Made by a program: the position numbers and the translations under genes. DNA of 64,000 bases, from positions 10,785,497-10,849,496 of the forward strand of contig NC_057755.1 in NCBI RefSeq assembly GCF_004010195.1, read 5' to 3'. Positions 24,518 through 37,625 of this stretch are shown in pieces. Position 1 is the first letter of the stretch. Every line of letters starts with the position of its first letter. Under the pieces are notes generated by a model. That model ran no database searches and was not told the origin of the DNA. It was given only the letters and a program-made list of their open reading frames with translations. This DNA comes from Chiloscyllium plagiosum (taxonomy: Eukaryota).

Positions 24518-27369
24518 CTAGCGGTCAGACCTATTACACAGTTTAACAGTTCGGGTAAATGGATATTTTACTCTGTTGATTAACTCCTTTCTGAATTTAG
24601 TTTGTGTCTGAACTCACAAGCCGGAGCATGAAACCAATTTCTTGAAAGGCAAATATTGGATCATTCAACGTCTTGTCCTTATAATTATGGTTTGCTTCTT
24701 GCTGGATTAAAACTCGTACAATAAATGATGACTACAACAATATAACATTAGCAGCTGGTGTGACAAGCAAGATGATGGATTCTCTCCAGTTAATCACTAT
24801 TATTATTATTCTGTCTATGTCCATGAATCTGGAGGCAACAATGGATGTGGTTGTCTCTGATAATAGTCCTGTCATTCAGAGCATTGAATACCAAAATCAG
24901 TACAATTGGAAGGAATGGCATCATTATAACGTTAATCCAGGCGTACACTTTCCAAAATAATGAGGTATGATACTCTGATTTTGTGATGCAAAACCATGGT
25001 ACATTGTCAATAACAGTTGGATGAATAAATACAAAATGCCAAATAATTTACCACAAACAGCTGACTGCACTCACAGTTACTATAACTACAAACACAGTTC
25101 TCGTATTACAATTTGCTCAGCTTCTGGCAACAAACTGTTACAAACCGATCAAATGTGAAAGCAAATGTGAACCAACTGATCAGGTCAGGACTGCAATGTA
25201 CAAAACAACTCTCAAGGCACACCCAGGAGTGATGGAGAGGAAAGTAACTGGAAATAAAGATTGTTGATTTGGACCAGTAAGACATTAAGGATGACGAGAA
25301 GTAGATCTGCTGTAGGAATTGCCAACAAATAGCAAGTGATGGATTTGGAGAGCCCACAATTGCGTCGATTCAGGATCACAATTCCCATTATGTTAACTGT
25401 AAGTAAAATAAAGAAAGGTACACTCCTTTATGATTAGAGTCACAGCAAAAACATCAGCTTAATATGTCTGCTAAATCACACCAATTGCCTCAGATTAATA
25501 TAGTAACACAATTACACCATCCATGGTGAAAATTTGGAATTAATGATTGAAGCAAACTAGAATGACATAAATGCATGCTTTGAGCAAACAGAATAAATGA
25601 ACAAATCAATGAGGAATAAAAATTCCAATTAATGAAATATTTTAATGTCAGTATGTCATGCTGACAGATTCACCGAAATGTTCAGTAGATTTTTCATGTT
25701 GATTAAACTGGCAAGGGGAAAAAGGACTTATGCCTGAAACGTTGATTCTCCTGTTCCTCGGATGTTGCCTGGCCTGCTGTGTTTTTCCAGCACCACATTT
25801 TTCAACTCTGGTCTCCAGCATCTGCAGTCCTCACCTAGGGGGAAAAAAAAACCACAAATTAGAGTGGTTATAAGGAAAAGGTATTTTACAGCAATGGACC
25901 CAATCAGGGATGTCATACACGAGCAACCAATTTTCTGAAGGGGAACTGAGCTAGTTAACTATGAGCTTTTGGTTGTTGAACTGACCGGTCACTAGGGACG
26001 TACGCCTTCTCACGTTTGTAGAGATCAGAGTGCTGCTGGAAAAGCGCAGCAGGACAAGTTTTGTTGGTACAAGTGGAGGCCAGAGACTAGGAGCTCTGCT
26101 GCAAAAGTGCCACCTCCTTACTCCCTAAAGACTGTCCACCATCTACAAGGCATAAGTCAGGAGAGTGAGAGCATACTCTCCACTTTCCTGGATGGGTGCA
26201 GCTCTAACTACACTGAAGAAGCTGAACACCATCAAGTACCATGGAAAATTCTGAAGAAGAGACATTCCTGAATTGAAAATGTAACTTCTGTTTCTTTCTC
26301 CACAGAAACTGACAGACCTATTGAGTTTATCCAATATTTTCCTTGTTTATTGCAGATATCCAGCATCTTCAATAGTTTGCCTTTATTACAGACTTATCAG
26401 CCCACTTGATTGTCACCACATCCACAAACCTTCAATCTGTTCCCCTCCCCCACTGCTGCTCAGTAACAGCATGGTGTACCACCTACAGGACACATTGCAG
26501 CAGCTCACCAAGGTCCCTCAGACAGCTCCCTCTCACCCTGACAGCCACTACTGTCCAGAAGCAGCAGATGGATGGGAATGACACTACTTGCAAGTTCCCT
26601 TCAGGACATTCACCTTTCTGGTTTGGAAACATATCACCATTCCTCCAGTGTTGCTGGATCAGTTAAAAGACATTTGGGCAGCTCCATGGATAGGAAAGGT
26701 TCAGGGGGATATGGGTCAAATACAGGGAAACAGAACTAGTTCTGTTTAGGAAGCCTGGTCAGCATGGATGAGTGGTCCAAAGGGTCTGTTTCCGTGCTCT
26801 ATGACTCGATGTGGGTGCTCTGACACCAAATGGTCTGCAGTGGTTTGAGAAGGCAGCTCACCATCACCTTCTGAAGTGGAACTCGGGATGGGAATAAATG
26901 CTGACTCAGCCTGCTCGGCATTGGAACTAAATTCTCTTTAAAACATTTATAAATAAATGTACTTCAGTAGACAGAGAGAAACAAAAATAAAACTGAACTA
27001 CTGGTGAAACCACTAGGAAAACATTGATTGGAAATAACCAAAGCCAGGGAAAGTATGTCAAATTTCGATACAGATTGAGGGAGTTGAGTTAATAGGTTTT
27101 ACACAAATATAAAAATTGAAAGAACTGTGGATGGTGTAAATCAGAATCAAAACAGAAGTTGCTGGAAACGTTCCGAGTCAAGGTCACTGGACTCGAAATG
27201 TTAACTCTGATTTCTCTTCCCAGATGCTATGGACCTGCTGAGCTTTTCCAGAAACTTCTGTTTTTGTTTACAGAAACATAACTGGCTTTAAGGACTTACC
27301 AATAATGCCAACAGCTGCAAGTATCGGGTCACAAATCCGTGTTATCTACAAGATTGCTGAGTATTTCAT
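24518..27369 (-). pseudogene. GPR139-like pseudogene, two exons (27369-27300; 25396-24518)
   Basis: Exon 1 MKYSAIL*ITRICDPILAAVGII G|GTAAGT has an in-frame stop. Exon 2 VNIMGIVILNRRNCGLSKSITCYLLAIPTADLL...WFTFAFTFDRFVTVCCQKL...QTKFRKELINRVKYPF has frameshifts and stops. Confidence 0.88.
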
Positions 27370-28173
27370 AATGTCCCAGTCAGGGCTGTCTGTTTCTGTG
27401 GAGTCAATGATTCTGTCCGCCAAAATACAATAATATTGTCACCACAGAGTCATTTTATTTGGATGCTAAATGTCCAGTGAGACAAGAAATCTAGTTGCAT
27501 CACGGATTACATTAGTTGCAACAATCTGACCAAGCAGCAAATTAACCCCTTTCTTCAAAGTATTATTATGCAATCGAACCGTTTTGAAAATAAAATGGCA
27601 TTAACTTCTTGAGAATTAGAAATAGATTTTATTGCCATGTGTACTAAAGTACAGAAGTACATGAGTACAGTGAAAAGTGTTCAATGTCCCCAATCCCAAT
27701 GCCATTTTAGATACAAAGGTACTTTGGTACAAAATCTTACATACATCATTGATAAGTAAAGGTAAGACTTAAATCATTAGTTGTGAAATAGTTTTGAAAG
27801 ACAGAGGAATGCACTACAGTGAGCGGTAAAGCTATTTTGCACCAGATGTAGCTTTTATTTCATTATCCCTTCTAAATTAACAAAATACTGGAACGGGTTT
27901 TCCACTGATTGGAAATCTCACACAGATTGTTGATTGGGCCCTTTTGTTTCTGAGAGGAGATTCAGGAATGTGCAACCATACTTCTGTCCTGACAGATCTT
28001 TCCTGGCTAGAACTGTCTTATGATGCATAAAGTATGTGCGGTTTGACAGTGCAGTAAGAGTAAGGTCCCAGGTGGTTAATGATGTAGGGCAACAGGTGAA
28101 TAGGGTGCAAGGTGGTGAGGGTGCCAAGGTGCCAAGTCTTTAGGTGTTTTAATGCCAACTAGGATGTAGATAG

Positions 28174-28702
28174 TGTAGTGATTGAGATCCCTGACTGGTG
28201 CTGTTAACCTGTTCCAATAAGGGAGCCTTTGCTGACAGAGAGAATAGGAGGGTCAGGGGTTCTGTTCACTCTGAGAGCTTACTCTGAGGAAAACAGACCA
28301 GTGTCAAGTACTTAACTTGTTTAAATAAAGGGTAACTTGGAGACAGAATACCAACCTCTGAGGAGGTATTTCATTGTCAACGGTAATGTGATCAATGGTG
28401 TTTCCATGCAAAGTAATCTACCGGCTGAATGCCAACTGGATTTCAACTAGGCGTTTTGAATGATTTTCTCATTTGAAAACACATTAAGCAGAGCATGGCA
28501 GTTACAGGGTATGCCAATGGAAGTGGGCACTTTCACCAGGCCAACTGGGCTTGGAAGACAGCACTTGAGAGAATGCAATCGCATCGCCTCAAGACATATT
28601 CACTCCCGACTCTCACTCTTATGTTTTTGGAAGACCTTGACTGAACAGAGACCCTATCCTGAGGAACCTTTACAGATTAAAGGAACAACATCAGTTCCAG
28701 TC
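28174..28702 (+). mobile_element. Gypsy LTR (28174-28373) plus decayed gag/protease remnant, truncated by the Gmr1-like LTR
   Basis: TG...CA, AATAAA, similarity to ~21850-21975; EEPLQIKGTTSVPV protease-region peptide. Confidence 0.6.
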
Positions 28703-31700
28703 TGTTTTGGACCAGGCCAGACCCCCTCAAAATTTCAAGGAAGTAGCCTTGACCTGACTTTTGCTAGTTGCTTTAAGCAGTTGTACAGTGGATATGCCAG
28801 GATTGATGCAACTGGTCAAACCGCTTGGTTTTAATCAAAACAGAATTTGTTTACAAGATTACCGAGTGAAACACAAACAAAAGAGAACAGAGTACCGAAT
28901 ACCATGAACTATCTGAAAGGCCAAAAGATTATCCCAACATTATGATGCTGTTCCTGGCACTTGCGTCAATCCCCATAAACATCCCTTGGCAGAAAAGGTA
29001 AAATCAAATCCAGAGTCTAACAAGAGAGGAGCCAGAGAGAGAGGAGAATCAGCCTGGACCTGCTTTTTTTTTGGGTCCAGCAGTTTTAAAACACTACTGC
29101 TAATAATAGGAACAAACCAAACCGGAGTTAAGCTGAGCTGGGAGAACTGGCCACTCCCCTTTCATTGCACAAGTCATTTGCCTGAGGGAGTATCTGTTAG
29201 CTATAATCAAATTGCCCATAAAACCCTTCAACTCCAGACTTTTTGGAGTCTGTGTCTTTTATGACCTCTTTGCCAAAAAATAGGCCAGCACACCATAACC
29301 TTGTTAAAGGAGCAGCATTGTCACACTTTGCCTCTTAAAAAAACAAAGCATCAATATCCAAAGATGACTTCATTTTAAAACTGCTTAATCCTAAAATTTT
29401 AGCACACAATACCCTACGTACACATTAAATTGACTATAATCATGCAAACATGCACTACTACATTTTATTCCAGCCTGTTTTACTCCTGCCACCGAATGCC
29501 TGTTTCTCATTCTAGTCTCAACAATACGTTGAAAGTCATGTTTTCCCTTCCTGCCACATACACATTTTTCAAAGTGAATCACTGTAATAACAAGCACCAT
29601 CGAAACAGTCTGGCATTTTTGTTCTTAATTTTTTTTTTTCCACAAACATCAATGGGTTTTGGTCAGTGTATGTGCTTGCCTCCGATAACTGGTAACATAA
29701 TGAAATGTTGCAACGCCAACACCAAGCACAAAGACTCCTTCTAAACTGTCGAATATTTCTGCTGATGAATGTTCAGTTTCCTGGAGAAATGCCCGTAGGT
29801 CTTTCTATCTACTCATCATCTTCCTGTAAGTCCGCAGCAATGACACCTTAGAAAAATGAGCCATCAATACTAAAAGATGGCTTCATTTTTAAAACCTTTC
29901 AAAAACAAACTGGTTCATCATCTAAAACACACATATACATGATACTAACTACACACATACAAACATGCACAAGCAATTGTGAATTTGTGCCATGGCTCAC
30001 CCTGCACCGAATGCCTCTGTATCTCCATATTCTAGTCTCAATAATGCATTGGCAATCATGTTTTCACGACCAGCCACATGCACAACTGTCAAATTGAATG
30101 GCAGCTCCATCGAAACAGTCTGGTATTTTTGTCCTTAAATTTTTCCACAAATGTCAATGGGTTATAATCAGTGCATCTGTTTGTCTGAGATGCATTGCTG
30201 GTGATATAAACACTGAAATGTTGTAATGCCAACACCAGGCTCAAAGTCTCTTTCTCCACCATTGAATACTCCTGCTGATGAACTTTCAACTTGATGAAAA
30301 ATACCCGATGGGTCTTTCTATTCCTTCATCATCTTCCTGCAGAAGCACCGCACTGACGCCCACATCACTGGCATCGATAGTAACCTTGAAAGGCGGGGCC
30401 AATACTAGGGCAGTAGTTAACACAGTTTTTAGGCAGTCAAATGCCTTTTGACAGACCACTGTCCACTGAAACGTCTTGCCCTTTTTTAACAATCCAGTGA
30501 GTGGAGTAACCACTTCAGCACAAACATTTGGTCAAGTTCACTCAACCTCAAGAACCGTACTACTGCTGTTTTCGTCGATGGTGTGAGAAATTCCCCAATT
30601 ACTTTCATTTTCACATCCCGTGGGGCCACTTAACCGTGTCCAGTAACATGGCCTGGGAAGGTGACTTGGGCTTTGGCAAATTCACTTTTAGCTAGGTTTA
30701 CCAACAAGCCTGCCTTCCGAAGTCAATCAAACAAGTCCGATAAATGCTGTAAATGTTCCTTCCATGAGTGACTAACAATCACCAGGTCATCAGTATACAC
30801 CACACAGTTGAGTAATTCGGCAATGACCTTATTAATCAGTCTCTGAAATTGGGCCGGAGCGTTTATCATATCAAATGGCATGTCTTTGAACTGATATCGT
30901 CCCTTTTGCATTATAAAAACTGAAATCGCCTTACTCTTTCTGACAGCGGTACTTGCTATGAGCTTCTGAGCAAGTGCAACTTGGAAAACTAAGTTGCTTT
31001 TCCCACCTTTTTGACACAGTCCTCCAACTGTGAAATTGGATATGCAACAGTCTTTGTAATGGGGTTGACTTTGCAATAGTCTACACGTAACCTCTAATGA
31101 TGTTGCTTAATCAGAACAGCATCTCCTATAGCTATATCATGCACAATTAGGTTCGTACTTCCCAGTTTGTTTTGGCATATCACCGCGCTTGATAATAGTA
31201 ACTCTTTCAGGTCATTTCAATTTTCTTGTGGAAGGTAACTGAATAATTTATCCCAATTTTGACAACTTCCTCACTGTTCAATTTGACTGGAGGAATGTGC
31301 AATTCAGAATCCTCTGAACTTGGGTCTTCCTTCTGTGCTGTCATCATTAACACCTTCTCCTCTTGCTTTCCTTCCCTTTCAGAATAAAACTTCTGAGCAT
31401 ATTCACATGGCAAACTCTGTGAGATTTCTTCCTCTCTGGAGTTCTTATCAAGTAGTTCACCTCACTCAATTTTCTCTCAATTTGATATGGTCCACTAAAC
31501 CTTGTTTTAAAGGCTCACTTGTTACTGGAAGCAAAACCAATATCTTATCCCCAATTGCAAAACTGAATTTGTGATTTCTTGTCTACTTCCTGTTTCATTG
31601 TATGCTGTGATACTTTTAAATGCCTCTGGAAATCTAGTCGATACATTCCCACTTTTTGCTTGAGGTCGGGGACTAATGCAATCACTGATCCAGAATCTGG

Positions 31701-34700
31701 TTTCCAGCATCTGCAGTTATTGTTTTTACCTCCTGACTAATGCAATCAATCAAGATTCCTGTGAAAGGTTCCTCAAATGCTGGAATAGGTATTAAAGGTT
31801 CAGGTTTTACGACTGTTTTACAATTAGCTGAAATGTATGACACATCTGGCAAAATTCAACTACATCTTTGTGTAGTCCCGCTCAGTAAAGCTGTCTTTGT
31901 ATTTTAGCCTGTGTTTTCCTCACCCCTAAATGACCCTCCAAATGGTAGCTCATGTACCATTCGCCGCATTTCCTTTCTATACCCTACTCACAAAATAATC
32001 TGATAAACTTCTGCGCATTTCTAATCTGCTTGAATGTGTGATGGTCTCCCTTTCGTCATTAAGACATCATTTGTTTAGTAATAACACACAGTGATGCATT
32101 CACTCTCCTCTGAATATGCTTTTTGATACAACTGTTTTAACTCCTCATCTTTCTGCTGTAAATCAACAAGCTTAGCAGAGCTTAGGAAACTTGCATGTTT
32201 ACCTCATTGCTCCTGTTCAGTCCCACTTATCTAGTCAAAGAAAGTCTCTGATAAAGCTATGTCAGCTTCTTTATCTGTGCCTTTTGATCTCTCCTGCTTC
32301 AACTTGTGCCTCTGTGTTCTTGTGACCACACAATCAGGGAAGATCTCTGGATAAATACTTGGCATTTCTTCAGTCTTCAGTCTTCACTGGCCTTTCAACC
32401 AGAGTAGGCAGCACACCTACCAGTGAATCAGCTGCAAGGATAAATTGTATTCCTGGAGCCAAGAGTTTGTCCAGTACTCCAACCACAAATTCTCCACTTT
32501 TGTTTCTGGACTCTCTAGCCTCACTTTACATAATTGAGCACTTTTTTGTCTCACCATGAATCACAGTTACTGGCACCTTTTCTGGCAATAGTCCCTCAGG
32601 AGTAAACATCTCCTCATCCTTCAGTGTTATAGACTGAGAGGATCCCATATCCCTTAATATTGTAACCTCCTTATCCTTACCTATTAAACCTGGCTTATGT
32701 GAATAAACACCTTGCATGTATATATTTTAAGCAGATCTGGCACTTCCTCCTTAATCAACCTCCAATCATCTTGTACACTCGGAGGGAGTTGTCTAACTTC
32801 CCTTGTGCTTTCTATTACTGTCTAACAAAACCTCCAGGCTTGTCGGGTTTTTCTACATCTGACTTTCTCCTAGCCCATCAATACTGTGCTTTTGTATGGC
32901 CCACTTTATTACAATAAAAAAGACCAGAGCCCCCTCAAGGGCTTTTTTTTTACGCTGTGGTAAGTTATCTTTATGATCTTCATTGAGATCTACCTTTCCC
33001 TTTCCACGTGAGGATTTCTCTTTGCCCCAATGTCTATCCCTCCTGGACTGAAATTGATTTTGGAAGCCAAACTGAGTTTTATGGACCAGCTCATAATCAT
33101 CAGTCACTTCCGCTGCTAACCTTGCTGTTTTAAATCTATGCTCTTCCATATGAGATTGCATTCATTTCTTCAATTTTTTTCTTCAGCCTTTTCAGCTGAC
33201 TTCCCTTTTGTAAGTGTCAATTTCTGAAGTTCAAGCACTTTTTTTCTCTCACTTCTGCTTTTAATTGTAACTCAAACTGTTTCATTTCTGCTGCCCTTTC
33301 CTTATCTCTTGCCTCTAACTCAAGCAGCTTTATTTGTAATTGAATTCTTGCCATCGCTATAGATTCTGATTGTTACTCCAGCAAGTTTAAATGCTGAGCT
33401 ACTGCTGTAATTATCTCTCGTTTCCTCAAATATAGTCACAGTTCCAATCCCAGCTTGTCTGCTAATTCAAGCTGCTTGGTATTATACACCTGTTGCAAAA
33501 ATTCCAAAGTCACCTCATCCACTTCAAGAAAACTTTTGGCGACTGAAAGAGCCATGACAATCTCAAGCTTTTATCTACCCAATCAAACCAACATCCGAAA
33601 TAATGACACTAGCACCAACTTCTCTTTGTTTAAAATCCCGCAAAGAGCCCCCAATCTATTACGGACTAGACCAGACCACTTAAAGTATTCTTCAGCAGGC
33701 AACTCAGAGCATAACTTTGCAATTTGTTTCGGTAAGTGTACAGTGAAATTTGCCAGGAGTAAGTTAGTTAGGTTGACCACCAGGTTTTAAAACAGACAAA
33801 AATTTATTCACAAAATGACACAATGAAACACAATGCTTAATGAAGCCCATTATCTATACTCTCTGGAAATCTCCACGGGGACATGAGGATTGCAACATTT
33901 ATCAAAGAGTTCTATTTTACAATATGGGAAAAATAAATCTGTATCAAAACACGGTTGTGATAGAATATGTTTTAATGGTGATACTGAGTTGTTAAGTAAT
34001 AAAATTGGATAATTTACATGAATTAATGATTTTTTTGTTGCAAAAGTACACAGTACATTGGATCTCATGGAATACAGGGAGAACTAGCTATTTGGATACA
34101 GAACTGGCTCAAAGGTAGAAGACACAAAGGTAGAAGACAGAGGGTGGTGGTGAAAGGTTGTTTTTTAGACTGAAGGCCTGTGACCAGTAGAGTGCCACAA
34201 GGACCGGTGCTGGGCCCTCTACTTTTTGTCATTTACATAAATGATTTCGATGCGAGTATAAGAGTTATAGTTAGTAAGTTTGCAGATGACACCAAACTTG
34301 GAGGTTTAGTGGTCAGCAAAGAGGGTTACCTCAGATTGCAACAGGATCTGGACCAGGCGGGCCAGTGGGCTGAGAAGTTACAGATGGAGTTTAATTCAGA
34401 TAAATGTGAGGTGCTGCATTTTGGGAAAGCAAATCTTAGCAAGACTTATACACTTAATGGTAAGGTCTGAGGGAGTGTTGCTGAACAAAGAGACCTTGGA
34501 GTGCAGGTTCATAGCTCCTTGAAAGTGGAGTCGCAGGTAGATAGGATAGTGAAGAAGGCGTTTGGTATGCTTTCCTTTATTGGTCAGAGTACTGAGTACA
34601 GGGGTTGAGAGGCCATGTTGCGGCTGTACAGGACATTGGTTAGGCCGCTGTTGGAATATTGTGTGCATTTCTGTTCTCCTTCCTATCGGAAAGATGTTGT

Positions 34701-35632
34701 GAAACTTGAAAGCGTTCAGAAAAAATTACAAGGATGTTGCCAGGGTTGGAGGATTTAAATAGGCTAGGGTTGTTTTCCCTGTAGCGTTGGAGGCTGAGGG
34801 GTGACCTTATAGAGATTTATAAATCATGAAAGACATGGGTAGGATAAATAGACAAAGTCTTTTCCCTGGGGTGGGCGAGTCCAGAACTAGAGGGCATAGG
34901 TTTAGGGTGAGAGAGGAAAGATATAAAAGAGACCTAAGGGGCAACTCGTTCACGCAGAGGGTGGTATGAGCTGCCAGAGGATGTGGTGGAGGCTGGTACA
35001 ATTGCAACATTTAAAAGGCACTTGGATGGGTATATGAATGGGAAGGGTTTGGAGGGATAGGGGCCGGGTGCTGGCAGATGGGACTAGATTGGATTGGGAT
35101 ATCTGGTCAGCATGGATGGGTTGGACTGAAGAGTCTGTTTCCATGCTGTACGTCTCTCTGACTCTATCACTCTTAACAAAATAAAGAACCCATACAGAAC
35201 TCAGTCTATCTAAACTAGACGTAATTATGCTGATCTGAATATGCACAACAGTCCCAATAAGCAAACCCCTTAAACACAGTAAAAATGCAACAAAGGCTTA
35301 CAGGTCATAGTTAGAAGAGCAGAAGGAGAGAGGGTCTAGCAGCCTGTTTCCACGCAGCCGATAGCTGAACTCCCTAACTAGTTCTGGACTGAATCGGTCA
35401 GTTTGAGAGCTGGCCACGCCCCTTGAACAGAAACAGGTTACTTAGAAAAACATAAAAGGTTTGGCCGAAAGACGCATTTGTTTACGTATAAATAAAAAGG
35501 CCTATTGTCTTTGAAGCAAATCCAGCCGTTTCAGAGCCTAGCCCATTCACGACCACGCTGAAAAAAACACAAGGACACAGCATCCTTGAGAAACGGAACA
35601 GCTTTTAGAACAAAAGGATCAGCTTTGTGACG
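28703..35632 (-). mobile_element. Gmr1-like Gypsy LTR retrotransposon, decayed and chimeric: 5' LTR (35632-35177 + 33833-33657), PBS, gag, protease, integrase, RT, RNase H, PPT, 3' LTR (29325-28703)
   Basis: PBS TGGGGGCTC..GGGAT at 33635-33653 (tRNA-Pro-like); zinc-knuckle remnant YCNKVGHTKAQ; ILRDMG protease; HLGVRKT...FCQMCHT and RFSGPY integrase; MPFDMINAPAQFQR/YTDD RT; DASD...EKE RNase H. Confidence 0.9.
34064..35168 (+). mobile_element. HER1/CR1 LINE, 5'-truncated
   Basis: ORF 34180-34470 VPQGPVLGPLLF...KFADDTK; ctctatga-type tail. Confidence 0.92.
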
Positions 35633-37625
35633 CAATCCTAGTTATGATGAGCCTTCAGTTTCCCCCATCACCACCAGCTGTTTCGGTTTTGGCAGGATGT
35701 GATATTTCGGTGTCCCACATTGGGTATTGTCATTGGTGACCAGAATGGTGTCCAGAAAGTTTAAAACCAGAACGGACTCTTTCAGGCAAGGATCCACTAA
35801 AGGTATATCTGTCAGTAGGAGGTGGCTCTTGACCTATTGGTTAGTCTTCCAATTTGTAATTGTCAGCACTGAGAATAAAGGCTCACCACTGAATTCGACC
35901 AGAAGCTATGGGAGGCATAGCTCTAACCTTGCTTCTCTGGCTGTGCGTATTTGGATTTGGCATCAGCCAAAATCTGGGAAACAGGTGCTGTTGGACGCTT
36001 CTCTCCGCTGGGCCACCGGTGAGCAAAGACTATCCTGATGGCCTACAAAGTGCCCCCTTAGCATGACAGCACTAGCTTTTGCTTGCGATCGCAGTGTGCC
36101 AACAGCTTAGACAAGAATAGCTGCTTCTTCACCTCCCTAAAGGTTCTGTCTTGGTGAGAAGACCATTTCCAAGACTGACACCTTTTAAATAGCAGACGTA
36201 AAGGTTCCAGGATGGAGATCAGAAGTTTATATATAAATCACCAATCCAATGAAAGACCTCAGCTCCGGTACAGACGTGGGAGGCAGGGCACCGGTGATCA
36301 CTCTCACATGATCTTCTAGCTTGTGGGACCTGGTATTGTTGACTCTGCGGCCTGAGTAGGTCACTGGGACGCATGGAACACACAGTTTCCCCATGTAAGG
36401 TGTAATCCCGCCTGGAAGACATGTTTAAGTATGATGTCAAAATTTTCTAAGTGCTCCTTTATAGAAAAGAGCAGAATCCCTAGAGTTTGGAAACCTTCAG
36501 CCCAACAAGCCCCCACCGACCCTCCAAAGAGTATTCCATGCCAACCCATTCCTCATTACTCTACATTACCTAGGATGAATGCGCCTAACCTGCACATCAC
36601 TGAACACTATAGGCAATTTAGCACGGGGGCAATTCACTAAACAGCACATCTTTGAACTGTGGGAAAAAAAAGCCAGAGCACCTGGAGGAAACCCATGCTG
36701 ACACAGGGAGAACATGCAAGCTCAACAGATACAGTCTCTTGAGGCTGGAATCAAACCCTGGTCCCTGGTGCTGTGAGACAGCAGTGATAACCACTGAGCC
36801 ACCGTACACCTGTAATTGATCTTCTATGTCATTGACATTGCCCTACTAATGTAGCTATGTTGGCATCCAATCTTTGCCACCAGATATAACTTCTTGCCAA
36901 TATATTCATTTTAGAAACCCCTGGATGACCCTGCTTGTGTTCAGCCAGTAGCTGCGGGAGATATTTGCTTGGGACAATCCCTCTTGCTCCCCATAATAAA
37001 ATTCCATCCTGTTTGATGAGGGATTGAATATTTGTCCAGCTGTGAGAATTGGTTTACAATTTGTTTAAAATCCCCACAATGGCAAAGCAATCAATCAGGT
37101 TTCACAATCGATAGGCCCGGTGCTGCCCATTCTGTAAACTGTTCTGGGTTGATGATTCCTTCCTTTTCCAGTCTCCTGCTTTCTGTCTCTGCTTTTCGCC
37201 GTAAGGAAAATGGCACTGGGCGGGCCTTGCAGATTCAGGGAATTGCTTCCTGGTCAACATGCCATGTAGCCTTGGATGCTTTGGGAATCCCTAGACCTTC
37301 CTGAAAAACAACCGGGTAATTAATTCCTACTGCACTCAGGCAACCATTTTCTGATTGAATAGTGTTGAGTCAATCAAGTTTAGTCTTTTTCTCCCAATAC
37401 TCCGCCCCCCCCCCCACCATCAGCCTTCGGACCAATTGGTGGTAAATGAAACAGCTATTTCTCATCAGGAACCAGAACCGAAGATGTCCCTGTATTTTGT
37501 TGGGGTTCACTGGGATAGGTTCTCAGCCTGGCTGAAGTCCAAAGCCAATTAAGGTTTGGAGTCCCGAGCATATATTTGAAAGTCTGGCTCCACAATCACT
37601 CAAACAGCTGCCCCTGTTTTGACCT
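35633..37625 (-). mobile_element. Decayed Gypsy pol remnant (same family as 20200-21975) with nested HE1 SINE ~36478-36806
   Basis: EVKTGAAV protease, CGDFKQIV RT, HKQGHPGVSKM...WQRLDANI integrase zinc finger, EHLENFD RT, KYAQPEK RNase H. Confidence 0.8.

Noticed and set aside
33836..35176. piggyBac element suggested by TTAA at both ends
   Set aside because: No terminal inverted repeats or CCC...GGG ends; the insert ends in a CR1 tail
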